A DNA stretch of 26,683 nucleotides, taken from the NCBI RefSeq assembly GCF_004010195.1, contig NC_057750.1:9127642-9154324 (forward strand), in the 5' to 3' direction. Origin of the DNA: Chiloscyllium plagiosum (Eukaryota). This document shows positions 10,025 to 19,843 of this stretch, in pieces; position 1 is the first letter of the stretch; every line of letters starts with the position of its first letter. The position numbers and the translations under genes are program-made. A model generated the notes under the pieces. It saw nothing but the letters and a program-made list of their open reading frames with translations, did no database searches and was not told the origin of the DNA.

Positions 10025-10986
10025 CTAGAATCCCTAAAGTGTGAAAGAAAGCCATTTGGACACATCTACACTCCAAAGTGCATCCCACTCCCTATTCTAT
10101 CTCTGTAACCCTGTATTTCCCATGGCCAATCCATCCTAACCTTCACATCCCTGTACACTATGGGGGAAACTTCCCTCAGCCAATCCATCCTAACCTTCAC
10201 ATCCCTGGACACTATGGGGAAATTTCCCCTCAGCCAATTCACCCTCACCTTCACATCCCTGGACACTATGGGGAAACGTCCCTCAGCCAATCCATCCTAA
10301 CCTTCACATCCCTAGATACTATGAGGAAATTTCCCCTCAGCCAATCCACCCTCACCTGCACATCCCTGGACACTATGGGAAAATTTCCCACCAGCCAATC
10401 CATCCTAACCTGCACATTCCTGGATACTATGGGGCAATTTCCCCTCAGCCAATCCACCCTCAGCTGCACATCCCTGGACACTATGGGGAAATTTCCCCTC
10501 AGCCAATCCACCCTAACCTGCACATCCCTGGAGACTATGGGAAAATTTCCCCCCAGCCAATCCATCCTAACCTGCACATCCCTGGATACTATGGGGAAAT
10601 TTCCCCTCAGCCAATCCACCCTAACCTACACATCTTTGGACACTATGGAGAAATTTCCCCTCAGCCAATCCACCCTAACCTGCACATCCCTGGATACTAT
10701 GGGGAAATTTCCCCTCAGCCAATCCACCCTAACCTGCACATCCCTGGACACTATGGGGAAATTTCCCCTCAGCCAATCCACCCTAACCTGCAAACATCTG
10801 GACACTATGGGGAAATTTCCCCTCAGCCAATCCACCCTCACCTACATATCTTTGGACAGGGCGAGGAAACCCATGCAGACTCAGGGGGGACGTGCAAATT
10901 CCACCCAGACAGTTGCCTGAGAGTGGAAACGAACATGGGTCTCTGGTGCTGTGCGGCAGCAGTGCTGACCACTGAGCCACGGTGCT
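10025..10986 (-). mobile_element. V-SINE with internal minisatellite expansion
   Basis: tRNA head at about 10920-10986, V-domain at about 10855-10915, tail at about 10025-10120. Confidence 0.85.
10124..10858. repeat. 54-bp minisatellite, about 13-14 copies
   Basis: Unit GGAAATTTCCCCTCAGCCAATCCACCCTAACCTGCACATCCCTGGACACTATGG; gives the 18-aa periodicity of ORF 10078-10920. Confidence 0.95.
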
Positions 10987-11593
10987 ACAAGTGTCACACT
11001 ACTGGTAGGCTGAACAAGGGGAGGCACTTGATTCAGTGGACAAGATTGTTCATTATGTGAAAGCAATTAAGTACAATGACATCATTAGTCAGGCATCATT
11101 GCTGAGGGCTTTATAGAGACTGTACAAAACAAATCTGTTCCCTCTGAAGGTTAGATAGATCTCCCATATCCACTGTCTGGCATTATCACATTGGGTACAC
11201 TCAAGACATCTCAACATTATTCACTCATGGAATATAGGCATCACTGTCCACATCTGTTCCAACAAAATCGTTACATTTGCTGTTTGTGTGAAATCAGCTG
11301 ACTTCTACGTTACAACAGCTTTTAGTAGTGATCTTCCTGGTCTCACTGGACGGTTCCAGGGGACTAGAAAATTGCTAATGTAACCCCCCCCCGTTTAAGA
11401 AGGGAGTAAGACAAAAGATAGGAAATTATAGACCGAATAGCCTGACCTCAGTCGTTGGTAAGGTTTTGCAGTCCCTTGTGAAGGATGAGATCTCTGAATA
11501 CTTGGAAGTGCATAGTATAATAGGGCAAAGTCAGCATGGTTTTATGAAGGGGACGTCATGCCTGACAAATCTGTTAGAATTCTTTGAGGAAGT

Positions 11594-12036
11594 GGAGTTG
11601 TAGGTAGATAGGATAGTGAAGAAGGCGTTTGGTGTGCTTTCCTTTATTGGTCAGAGCATTGAATACAGGATTGGGAGGTCATGTTGTGGCTATATAAGAC
11701 ATTAGTTAGGCCACTGTTGGAATATTGCATGCAATTCTGGTCTCCTTCCCATCAGAAAGATGTTGTGAAACTTGAAAGGGTTCAGAAAATATTTACAAAG
11801 ATGTTGTCGGGGTTGGAGGGTTTGAGCTATAGGGAGAGGCTGAACAGGCCGGGGCTGTTTTTCCTGGAGTGTCAGAGGCTGAGGGGTGAGGTATATGAAT
11901 AGGAAGGGTTTGGAGGGATATGGGCCGGGTACTGGCAGGTGGGACTAGATTGGTATAGGATATCTGGTCAGCATGGACGGCTTGGACTGAAGGGTCTGTT
12001 TCTGTGCTGTACATCTCTATGACTCTATGACTCTAT
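11594..12036 (+). mobile_element. Younger CR1/HER1-like 3' fragment nested in the older CR1; internal deletion near 11890
   Basis: 'LYKTLVRPLLEYCMQFWSP..ERVQK' and (CTCTATGA)n tail. The host frame resumes at 12037. Confidence 0.88.
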
Positions 12037-12403
12037 AAGTAATGAGCGGTTTAGACTGAGGAGAGCCAATGCATGTTATCTATCTGGACTTGCAGAAGCC
12101 CTTTGATATGGTACTGCACAGGAGGCTGCTGAGTAAGATAGAAGCTAGGTACTAGCATGGATAGAAGATTGGGTGTCTTTAAGAAGGCAGAGAGTGGGTA
12201 TAAAATGGTCCTTCTCAGTGTGGAAGCCAGTGTCTAGTGGGTGTTCCACAAGGGTCAGTGCCGAGACCACAACATTTCACTTTCTACATTAATGATCTGG
12301 ATGAAGGAACTAAGTGCATTCTGGCTAAGTTTGCAGAGGGTCAGGTGGTATTGAGGAGGCAGGGAGGCTGCAAAAAGATTTAGACATGTTAAGAGAGTGG
12401 GCT

Positions 12404-12778
12404 AAGTTTGTGCGAAGATTTGTAGCTCGGGTGCTTGTTGCTATGGTTCTGTTCGCCGAGCTGGAAGTTTTTGTTGCAAACGTTTCGTCCCCTGGCTAGG
12501 CGACATCATCAGTGCTTGGGAGCCTCCTGCGAAGCGCTTCTTTGATGTTTTCTCCGGTGTTTATAGTGGTCTGTCCCTGCCGCTTCCGGTTGTCAGTTTC
12601 AGCTGTCCGCTGTAGTGGTTGGTATATTGGGTCCAGGTCGATGTGTTTGTTGATGGAGTTTGTGGATGAATGCCATGCCTCTAGGAATTCCCTGGCTGTT
12701 CTCTGTCTGGCTTGCCCTATGATAGTAGTGTTGTCCCAGTCGAATTCATGTTACTTGTTGTCTGCGTGTGTGCTAAAA
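12404..12778 (-). mobile_element. Penelope-like element 3' fragment (family F): GIY-YIG C-terminus plus terminus
   Basis: Minus-strand 'HEFDWDNTTIIGQARQRTAREFLEAWHSSTNSINKHIDLDPIYQPL', paralogous to 19260-19400. Imperfect TSD AGTGG(G/A)CTAAG at 12396-12406 and 12779-12789. Confidence 0.88.
12476..12515 (-). ncRNA. Minimal hammerhead ribozyme-like motif (family F)
   Basis: GCA-CUGAUGA-U-GUCGCC(UAGCCA)GGGGAC-GAAA-CGUU-UGC; stem I GCA/UGC. Confidence 0.65.
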
Positions 12779-13599
12779 AGTGGACTAAGAAGTAGCAGAT
12801 GAAATACAAAGTGGGGAAGTGTGAGGTCATGCACTTTGATAGGAAGAATAGAGGCATGGACTATTTTCTAAATGAGGAGAAAATTCAGAAATCTGGAATA
12901 CAAAGGAACTTGGGAGTCCTACTCCAGGATTATCTTAAGGTAAACTTGCACGTTGAGTCGGTAATTAGGAATACAATGTCATTTATCTTGAGCGGACTAG
13001 AATACAAAAGCAGGGATGTACTTCTGAAGCTTTATAAGGCTCTGGTCAGACCACATTTAGAGTATTGTGAGCAATTTTAGGCCCCGTACGTCAGGATGTA
13101 TGTATTGGCCCTGGAACGGATCCAGAGAAGGTTAATGGGAATGATCCCAGGAATGAAAGGCCTAACATCTAAGGAATGTTTGAGGACTCTGGGACTATAC
13201 TCAATGGAGATTAGAAGGATGAGTGGGATCTGATTGGAACTTACAGAATACTGAACGGCCTGGACAGAGTGAATGTTGGGAAGATGTTTCCATTTGCAGC
13301 CATAGAGTAAAGGGGAAGACCTTTAGAATGGAGATTAGGAGAAATCTTTCACCAGAGAGTGGTGAACCTATGGGATTCATTGCCACAGAAGGCTGTGAAG
13401 GCCTGGTGATTGAGTATGTTTAAGACAGCGATAGATACATTCTTGAATGCCAAGGGGGTCAAAGATTAAGGGAGAAAGTGGAAGAATGGGTTGAAAAACC
13501 TATCAGCCATGATCGAATGGTGGAGCAGATTTGATGGGCCGAATGGCCAAATTTCTGACCCTATCATCTAATGGTCTTAGTGATCGCACTTTGCACACA

Positions 13600-13790
13600 G
13601 GCTAGAATTCTCGAGTGGTGGGTCCATGGAATTCTTTGAGCAATCGAGGCCAAAACATTGAATGATATAATTCTTGGGGTCAAAGGGTACACGGAGAGAA
13701 CAGGAGCAGGAGATGGAGTCGGATGATCAGCCACGCTCCTATTGAATGGCAGAACAAGCTCGAGGGGCCGAATGGCCTCCTCCTCCTCTG
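13600..13790 (+). mobile_element. CR1 3' end fragment
   Basis: Homologous to 20990-21200. Confidence 0.75.
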
Positions 13791-14307
13791 AGTAATTCAC
13801 TGAAACCACCCCTTCCAAAACTAAATTTAAGAAGCTACTCACAATAGGAAATGTAGCAATGAAGTACGTTGAGCTGTCACATCGCTGTAAAAAGTGCGTT
13901 GTAAATATAAGTCTTTATTTATTTCCTCACCTTGACAACTCCCGCCAGCTCCTGCCGCCTCTTGTAACCATTTATTTCTGGACTGAAAGGCTTGACATGA
14001 TTCTGACCGAGTAATTAACTTCTCTGCAGAGCTTTTGTTGTGCAGTGGGTCTGGCCTGGCCTCAGCTGTTGAGAAGCTCACTTAGTCAGGTCTAACCTCC
14101 TCATTAATGATAAAGTTAACACCGAGTGCCAGTTCGGTGCTGTCAAGTCCACATTTGTCTTAGTTCCACTTCAAACTTGAGGACGAGAGAATTACCGGTT
14201 GACAAAGGACCGAGTTTCACAGGGCTGGCCCTCTGAATGACCTGACAATTGCATGACAATAACAGAGCCATTTGACCTGTCATTGCCATCGCTCCCTGTC
14301 AACCAGT

Positions 14308-14423
14308 GGTGCTGGAAGAGCACAGCAATTCAGGCAGCATCCGAGGACAGGCAAAATTGCTGTGCTCTTCCAGCACCACTGATCCAGAATCTGGTTTCCA
14401 GCATCTGCAGTCATTGTTTTTAC
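14308..14423. mobile_element. Family A-related short hairpin insert with 16-bp TSD
   Basis: CTCCCTGTCAACCAGT at 14292-14307 and 14424-14439. Perfect 27-bp inverted arms at 14304-14330 and 14355-14381. Confidence 0.85.
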
Positions 14424-14576
14424 CTCCCTGTCAACCAGTCCGTGTCTTCCCAAACTGGGGTCTGTGGATTCCGCGGGGGGTTCATGAGGGTTGGCAGGGA
14501 TGGGGGAGGGGTGTGGAGTCTGCCGAAAAGAGATACGGAGTCAAGGAATGAAGATTATAGAATCATAGAATCCCTA

Positions 14577-14860
14577 TGATTGAGACGTATAAGATTATGA
14601 AAGGATTGGACACTCTGGCAGTAGGAAACATATTTCCACTGATGGGTGAGTGCCGAACCAGAGGACACAGCTTAAAAATACGGGGTAGACCATTTAGGAC
14701 AGAGATGAGGAGAAACTTCTTCACCCAGAGAGTGGGCCTCCACTGCCCCCTGTGGCAGAGCATTCCACACAGCCACCACTCTCTGGGTGAACAAGTAGGG
14801 CTGAATGGCCTACTCCTGCACCTATTGTCTATTGTCTATTGTCTATTGTCTATTGTCTAT
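14577..14860 (+). mobile_element. CR1 3' fragment with internal inversion and (CTATTGT)n tail
   Basis: 'IETYKIMKGLD..RTRGHSLKIRGRPFRTEMRRNFFTQRV'; 7-mer tail at 14822-14860. Confidence 0.85.
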
Positions 14861-15073
14861 GGTGTGGAGAGAGACCATTTGACTGATCCTCCAAAGAGCT
14901 TTTCACCCCAGACACACCTTACTCTACACTATCCCTGTTACCCTGCATTTAGCATGGCTAACCCATCTAGCCTGCATTTGGGTGGCAAGGTGGCTCAGTG
15001 GTTAGCACTGCTGCCTCACAGCGCCGGGGACCCGGGTCCAATCCCACCCGCGGGCATCTGTCTGTGTGGAGTT

Positions 15074-15174
15074 TAGAGTCAAGATTAGAGTAATGCTGGA
15101 AAAGCACAGCAGGTCAGGCAGCATCCGAGGAGCAGGAAAATCGACATTTCAGGCAGGAGCCCTTCAACAGGAAT
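15074..15174 (-). mobile_element. Family A insert
   Basis: Flanked by GAGTT (15069-15073 and 15175-15179); ends in AGGAAT. Confidence 0.8.
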
Positions 15175-15282
15175 GAGTTGCACATTCTCGCCGTGTCTGT
15201 GTGGGTTTCCTCCGGGTGCTCCGGTTTCCTCCCACAGTCCAAAGATGTGCGGGTCAGGGTGGGTTGGCCATGCTAAATTGCC

Positions 15283-15416
15283 TGGGCAAAAGTGAGGACT
15301 ACAGATGCTGGAGATCGGAGTCTAGATTAGAGTGGTGCTGGAAAAGCACAGCAGGTCAGGCAGCATCCGAGGAGCAGGAAAATCAACGTTTCCGGCAAAA
15401 GCACTTAATCAGGAAT
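15283..15416 (-). mobile_element. Family A insert
   Basis: Flanked by AATTGCC (15276-15282 and 15414-15420); ends in AGGAAT. Confidence 0.8.
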
Positions 15417-15662
15417 TGCCCCATAGTGTGCAGGCTAGGTGGGTTAGCCTTTGGAAATGCAGGGTTAGAGGGATAGGGTAGGGGTTTGGGGTCTGGGCGC
15501 AATGTTCTTAAGAGGGGCAGTGTGGATTTGATGGCCTGAATGGCCTGCTTCCACATTGTAGGAATTCTGTGTAGTAGGGGGTAGTGATTATAGAATCCCG
15601 TGGTGCAGAAAGAGGGATAGACTCTCGGAAGCATACTGCTCTGTTGTAACAGCTCAGGCACG

Positions 15663-16150
15663 TATAGAGTCATACAGCACAGAAACAGACCTTTCAGTCC
15701 AAATTGTCTATGTCAATCATATACTAAACTGACCTAGTCCCACTTGCCAGCATTTGGCCCATATCCCTCTGAATCCTTCTTATTCATATACCCATCCAGA
15801 TGCCTTTTAAGTGCTGTAATTGTACCAGCCTCCACCACTTCCTGTGGCAGCTCATTCCACACACAAACCACACTCTGCGTGAAAAAGTTGCCCCTCACGT
15901 CTTTTAAAATCTTTTCCCTCTCACCTTAAAAATATGCCCCTGCCCGAGGGAAAAAACACCTGCCATTCACTTCATCTATACCCCTATAAACCGCTATAAA
16001 ATCACCCTACAGTGTCTTACATTTCAGTAAGCAAAGTCCCAGTTCTTCCAGTCTATTTTTATATCTCAAACCCTCTGCTTCCGGCACAGATAAATCCCAG
16101 TAAATCTTTTCTGAAACCTCTCCAACCTAATAATATCCTTCCTGTAACAT
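15663..16150 (-). mobile_element. CR1/HER1-like LINE 3' part
   Basis: Homologous to 6733-7550 and 23705-24126. Confidence 0.85.
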
Positions 16151-16266
16151 CTTAAATGTTAAATGCTATTAACCACTCTCTCTGGCTCTGCAATCTATTA
16201 CCTGTAAATGTGGAGTCATATTCAAAAATATTTAACTCTTCCACAATCTAAATTTTTCAAACAATA

Positions 16267-16571
16267 GCATCCCCACAGTGGGGAAGCAGGAGGTTCAGCC
16301 CATCATGGATGTCTAAAGACCATCCCACCCACACTATCCCTGTAACCCTGCATTTCCAATGGGTGATCCATCAGCCTACACATCCCTGGATACTGTGACA
16401 CAATTGGCATGGCACATCCACTTAACCCACACATCTTTGGACTGTGGGACGAAACTGAAGGAGACCCACGCAGACAATGTGCAAACTCCACATGGACCCG
16501 AGGCTGGAATCGAACCTGGGTCCCAGGCGCTGTGAGGCAGCAGTGCTAACCACTGCGGCACTGTGCTACCC
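16267..16571 (-). mobile_element. V-SINE (HE1-like)
   Basis: tRNA head at 16500-16571 and V-domain. Confidence 0.85.
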
Positions 16572-16659
16572 AATTTTCAATCCCTTTCCAACCGTGAATC
16601 CTAATGTGACTCTGAATTCTGATCATTTTGTGCTAGTTTAATAGATATAGGTCTCACTA

Positions 16660-17107
16660 GTTAGGCCAGTATTTATTGCCCATCTATAATTGTCCCTGGA
16701 GGAGTTGGTAGTGAACTTTCTTTGAACTGCTGCAGCCCTTGGAGTGCTGTTAAGGAAGGGGTTCCAGCATTCTGACCCAGCGACACTGAAGGAACAGCGA
16801 TGTGTTTCCAAGTCAGGATGATGAGTGGCTTGGAGGGGAAATTGTAGGTGTTGGCAGTTCCCACGTATCTGCTGCCCTTGCCATTTTAAAGCGTCAGAGA
16901 TGTGGAAGATCTAGTTGGATGAGCATTGAAGAATTGTAGATAGTACATGGAGAGCAGTGGTGGAGGGAGTGGATGCTTGTGGATGTGGTGCCAGTCAAGG
17001 GGGGTTTGCTTTGTCCTGGATGGTGTTGAGCTTCTTGAGTGTTGTTGGAGCTGCCCCCATCCAGGGCAAGTGGGGAGTATTCCATCACACTCCTGACTTG
17101 TGCCTGA
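16660..17107 (-). mobile_element. CR1/L2-group LINE 3' fragment
   Basis: Reverse complement of 3350-3800; peptide 'AQVRSVMEYSPLA'. Confidence 0.8.
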
Positions 17108-17126
17108 CGCAACCTAGTTCTGGAGT

Positions 17127-17410
17127 GGAGCAGCGGCTCAGTGGTTAGCACTGCTGCCGCAAGCGCCAGGGACCCAGGTTCGATTCCAAACCTTGGGTGA
17201 CTGTCTGTGTGGAGTTTGTGCATTCTCCCCGTGTCTGCGTGGGTTTCCTCCCACAGTCCAAAGATGTGCAGGTCAGGTGAATTGGCTGTGCTAAATTACC
17301 CATAGTGTTAGGTGCGTTAGTCAAAGGGAAATGGGTCTGGGTGGGTTACTCTTCAGAGGGTTGATGTGGATTTTGTTGGGCCTGTTTCCACACTGTAAGG
17401 AATCTAATCT
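17127..17410 (+). mobile_element. V-SINE (HE1-like)
   Basis: A and B boxes (GGCTCAGTGG..GGTTCGATTCC), V-domain, tail 'cactgtaaggaatctaatct'. Confidence 0.9.
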
Positions 17411-17904
17411 CGTGGAACTGGCTGTTCCTTGATCCTTTAATGTGATTCATTATGAAGAGGCACATTCGCTTGTCCTGACCATTTGTATCTGAGATTCCTG
17501 ACGTGCACGACTTCCAACGCAGCTATTATTCAAAAGATCCTGGAAATTAAACCAACTGGGGCTCTAATTAATGTCACTGACTGTTTATTTGAATTTTGGG
17601 GTCGATTAATTTTATTGGATGTTACTTTTTAGCGAGGGCTGTTTATTGGCAATAAGCTCCATGCAAATGCACCATTTCATTAATGACGTTCGCTCTTTAA
17701 GGAATTCTTTAATGAGTCCGTCTTGCTCATGTAGCCTGTCTTGTTTTAATTGTTTTAATTAAGACCGAACATATGAGACAGTGAGCTTCTAATCTGCTAA
17801 TTACAGATGAACAGATTCATTAATGCAAGTGCTGAAGTTCTGCCTCTCTTGAATCAAAACACTTCAGTACCTTTTCCAAAGCCTTAGTGACTATACTGAG
17901 AAGA

Positions 17905-18503
17905 TGATCTGATTTATTACTGTCACATGTGCCTAAGGACAGTGAAAAGTTTTGTTTTTGAGTACAGTTAGGGCAGGTCATACATAATAAGCAAGGTCAC
18001 ACAGACTATAGGGTGCTTAAACAGAGTGAGGCATACAAGGTTACACAGGAGGTGGACAAAGGAAGATCAACATTAGATTTGAAGCTAGGGAGGTCCATGC
18101 AGCAGTTTAATAACGGCACGGAAGAAGGTCTTCTTGAACCTGTCGATGCGAGTGTTCAGGCTTCTGTATCTTCTGCCTGATGGAAGAGGTTACAGTAGAG
18201 CATTACCGGGGTGTGATGGGTCTTTGATGATGTTGGCAGCCTGTCCATGGCAATGTGAGATGTAAATGGAGCCCATGGATGGGAGGTTGGCTCCTGTGAT
18301 GGTCTGGGCTGTGCACACCCCCTTCTGTAGTTTCCTACGGTCCTGGGCAGAGCAGTTGCTGTACCAGGATGTTATGCACCTGGACAGTTTGCTTTCTATG
18401 GGACATCAGTAAAAGTGGCGAGGGTCTTTATGGACTTGCCGAATTTCCTGAGCCCCCTGAGGAAGAAGAGGCGTTGTTGTGCTGTCTTGACCATTGCATA
18501 CAT
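17905..18503 (-). mobile_element. Rex1/Babar-like LINE 3' fragment
   Basis: Minus-strand 'MVKTAQQRLFFLRGLRKFG'; related to 7835-8424. Confidence 0.78.
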
Positions 18504-18709
18504 GATTTGGAGATGCCAGTGTTGGACTGGGGTGTACAAAGTTAAAAATCACGCAACACCAGGTTATAGTCCAACAGGTTTATTTGGAAGCACTAGCTTT
18601 CTGAGCGCTGCTCCTTCACAACCACCTGATGAAGGAGCAGCGCTCCAAAAGCTAGTGTGCTTCCAATTAAACCTGTTGGACTATAACCTGGTGTTGTGTG
18701 ATTTTTAAC
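18504..18709. mobile_element. Short PLE-like hairpin insert (family D)
   Basis: Inverted arms at 18541-18618 and 18630-18709. Core CTGATGA-A-GGAGC(AGC)GCTCC-[A]AAA-GCTA at 18626. Imperfect TSD CAT(T/C)GCAT(A/C)CAT at 18492-18503 and 18709-18720. Confidence 0.75.
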
Positions 18710-18754
18710 ATCGCATCCATTGTGGGAAGTCGCGGCCGGATTGTCAGTTATCAT

Positions 18755-19618
18755 CATTGGCAATCACCCCAACACTCACAAACGAAGCTGCATTAGAACG
18801 TTATTTCAATGAGCCACCACACACTGCGGCACAGAGGAACTACACAGAGCAGAAAAAAAATCACCTATGCAGTGTATTCAAAAAGAATAGGTATCCAACG
18901 TACACAGTCCGTCGACTTCTCAGCATCAAACCCAAACAAGCAGACAAAACGCGTCCAGAAACCCTCGCCACTCTCCCCTCCATCAAAGACATCTCAGAAA
19001 TGACTGCCAAACTACTCAGACCCCTTGGCATCATGGCAGTCCACAAACCCACCAACACACTATAACAGCAGCTAATGAATGACCCTATACAGACAACAAG
19101 CAAAACTGATGTCATTTAAAAATACCGTGCAAGAACTGTAACAAACACTACATTGGAAAAACAGGCAGAAAACTAGGCACCAGTATACATGAACATCAAC
19201 TAGCCACCAAAAGACATGACCCTCTCTCACTAGTATCCTCACATACAGATGAGGAAGGACACCACTTCGACTGGGACAACACATCCATCCTAGAACAAGC
19301 CAAACAGAGGCACTCACGAGAATTTCTAGAAGCATGGAATTCCAACCAAAACTCTATCAACAAACACATTGAGTTAGACCCCATCTACCACCCCCTGAGA
19401 AAATGAACAGGAAATGATGTCACCACAGGAAATGACATCACCAACCCAAGGAAACCTAAACACATAAGTAGAAAGCAGGTCGTACCACCAGTGCTTCATC
19501 CGGAGGCCCACTGATGATGGTACCTAGTATGGTGACGAAACATCTGAAAATGAACCTTCCAGCTCAGCGAGCAAAGCTACATCCAGAACCTCAACCTGAG
19601 CTACAAATCTTCTCCAAA
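18755..19618 (+). mobile_element. 5'-truncated Penelope-like retrotransposon (Poseidon-type): RT thumb/linker, GIY-YIG endonuclease and 3' terminus; disrupted ORF
   Basis: 'NHPNTHKRSCIRTL..', 'LPSIKDISEM..LLRPLGI', 'VI*KIPCKNCNKHYIGKTGR..IHEH..HFDWDNTSIL..REFLEAWNS..SINKH'; terminal stop at 19404-19406; internal stops and frameshifts. Confidence 0.92.
19508..19547 (+). ncRNA. Minimal hammerhead ribozyme-like motif in the PLE 3' terminus (family E)
   Basis: CCA-CUGAUGA-U-GGUACC(UAGUAU)GGUGAC-GAAA-CAUC-UGA. Sister copies give the consensus stem II GUUACC/GGUGAC and CGUC-UGG. Confidence 0.65.
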
Positions 19619-19633
19619 CACGATAGACCAGTA

Positions 19634-19843
19634 CTGGAAATGTGTTGCTGGAAAAGCGCAGCAGGTCAGGCAGCATCCAGGGAACAGGAGAATCGACGTT
19701 TCGGGCATAAGCCCTTCTTCAGGAATGGCTTATGCCCGAAACGTCGATTCTCCTGTTCCCTGGATGCTGCCTGACCTGCTGCGCTTTTCCAGCAACACAT
19801 TTCCAGCTCTGATCTCCAGCATCTGCAGTCCTCACTTTCTCCC
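19634..19843. mobile_element. Young family A insert: perfect 80-bp hairpin with perfect 15-bp TSD
   Basis: Arms at 19634-19713 and 19727-19806. CACGATAGACCAGTA at 19619-19633 and 19844-19858. Confidence 0.92.
19693..19724 (-). ncRNA. Minimal hammerhead ribozyme-like motif (family A, intact core)
   Basis: UC-CUGAAGA-A-GGGC(UUAU)GCCC-GAAA-CGUC-GA. Confidence 0.65.

Larger units (their letters stand above)
11328..13570 (+). mobile_element. Long decayed CR1 ORF2 (RT domain to 3' UTR) with two nested insertions
   Basis: 'ANVTP..GNYRP.SLTSVVGK..QHGFMKG.SCLTNLLEFFEEV', 'GVPQGSV', 'KFA', 'LYKALVRPHLEYCEQF'; many stops and frameshifts. Confidence 0.92.
14980..15570 (+). mobile_element. V-SINE interrupted by two family A inserts
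   Basis: tRNA head at 14980-15050; V-domain split at 15074-15174 and 15283-15416. Confidence 0.9.

Noticed and set aside
10078..10920. 280-aa ORF as a real repeat-protein gene
   Set aside because: It lies wholly inside a SINE-derived 54-bp VNTR; it is recorded only as a curiosity.
14980..15050. tRNA genes at SINE heads (also 7140, 10920, 16500, 17127, 21611, 26120)
   Set aside because: Each runs straight into a V-domain and LINE-like tail, so they are SINE promoters rather than tRNA genes.
18757..19406. Functional GIY-YIG or RT gene
   Set aside because: It is 5'-truncated with several stops and a frameshift.
19634..19843. Hairpin inserts as MITEs or DNA transposons
   Set aside because: The arms are asymmetric and variable, one has a unique 3' extension, TSD lengths vary, solo copies exist, and family E is demonstrably a PLE terminus.
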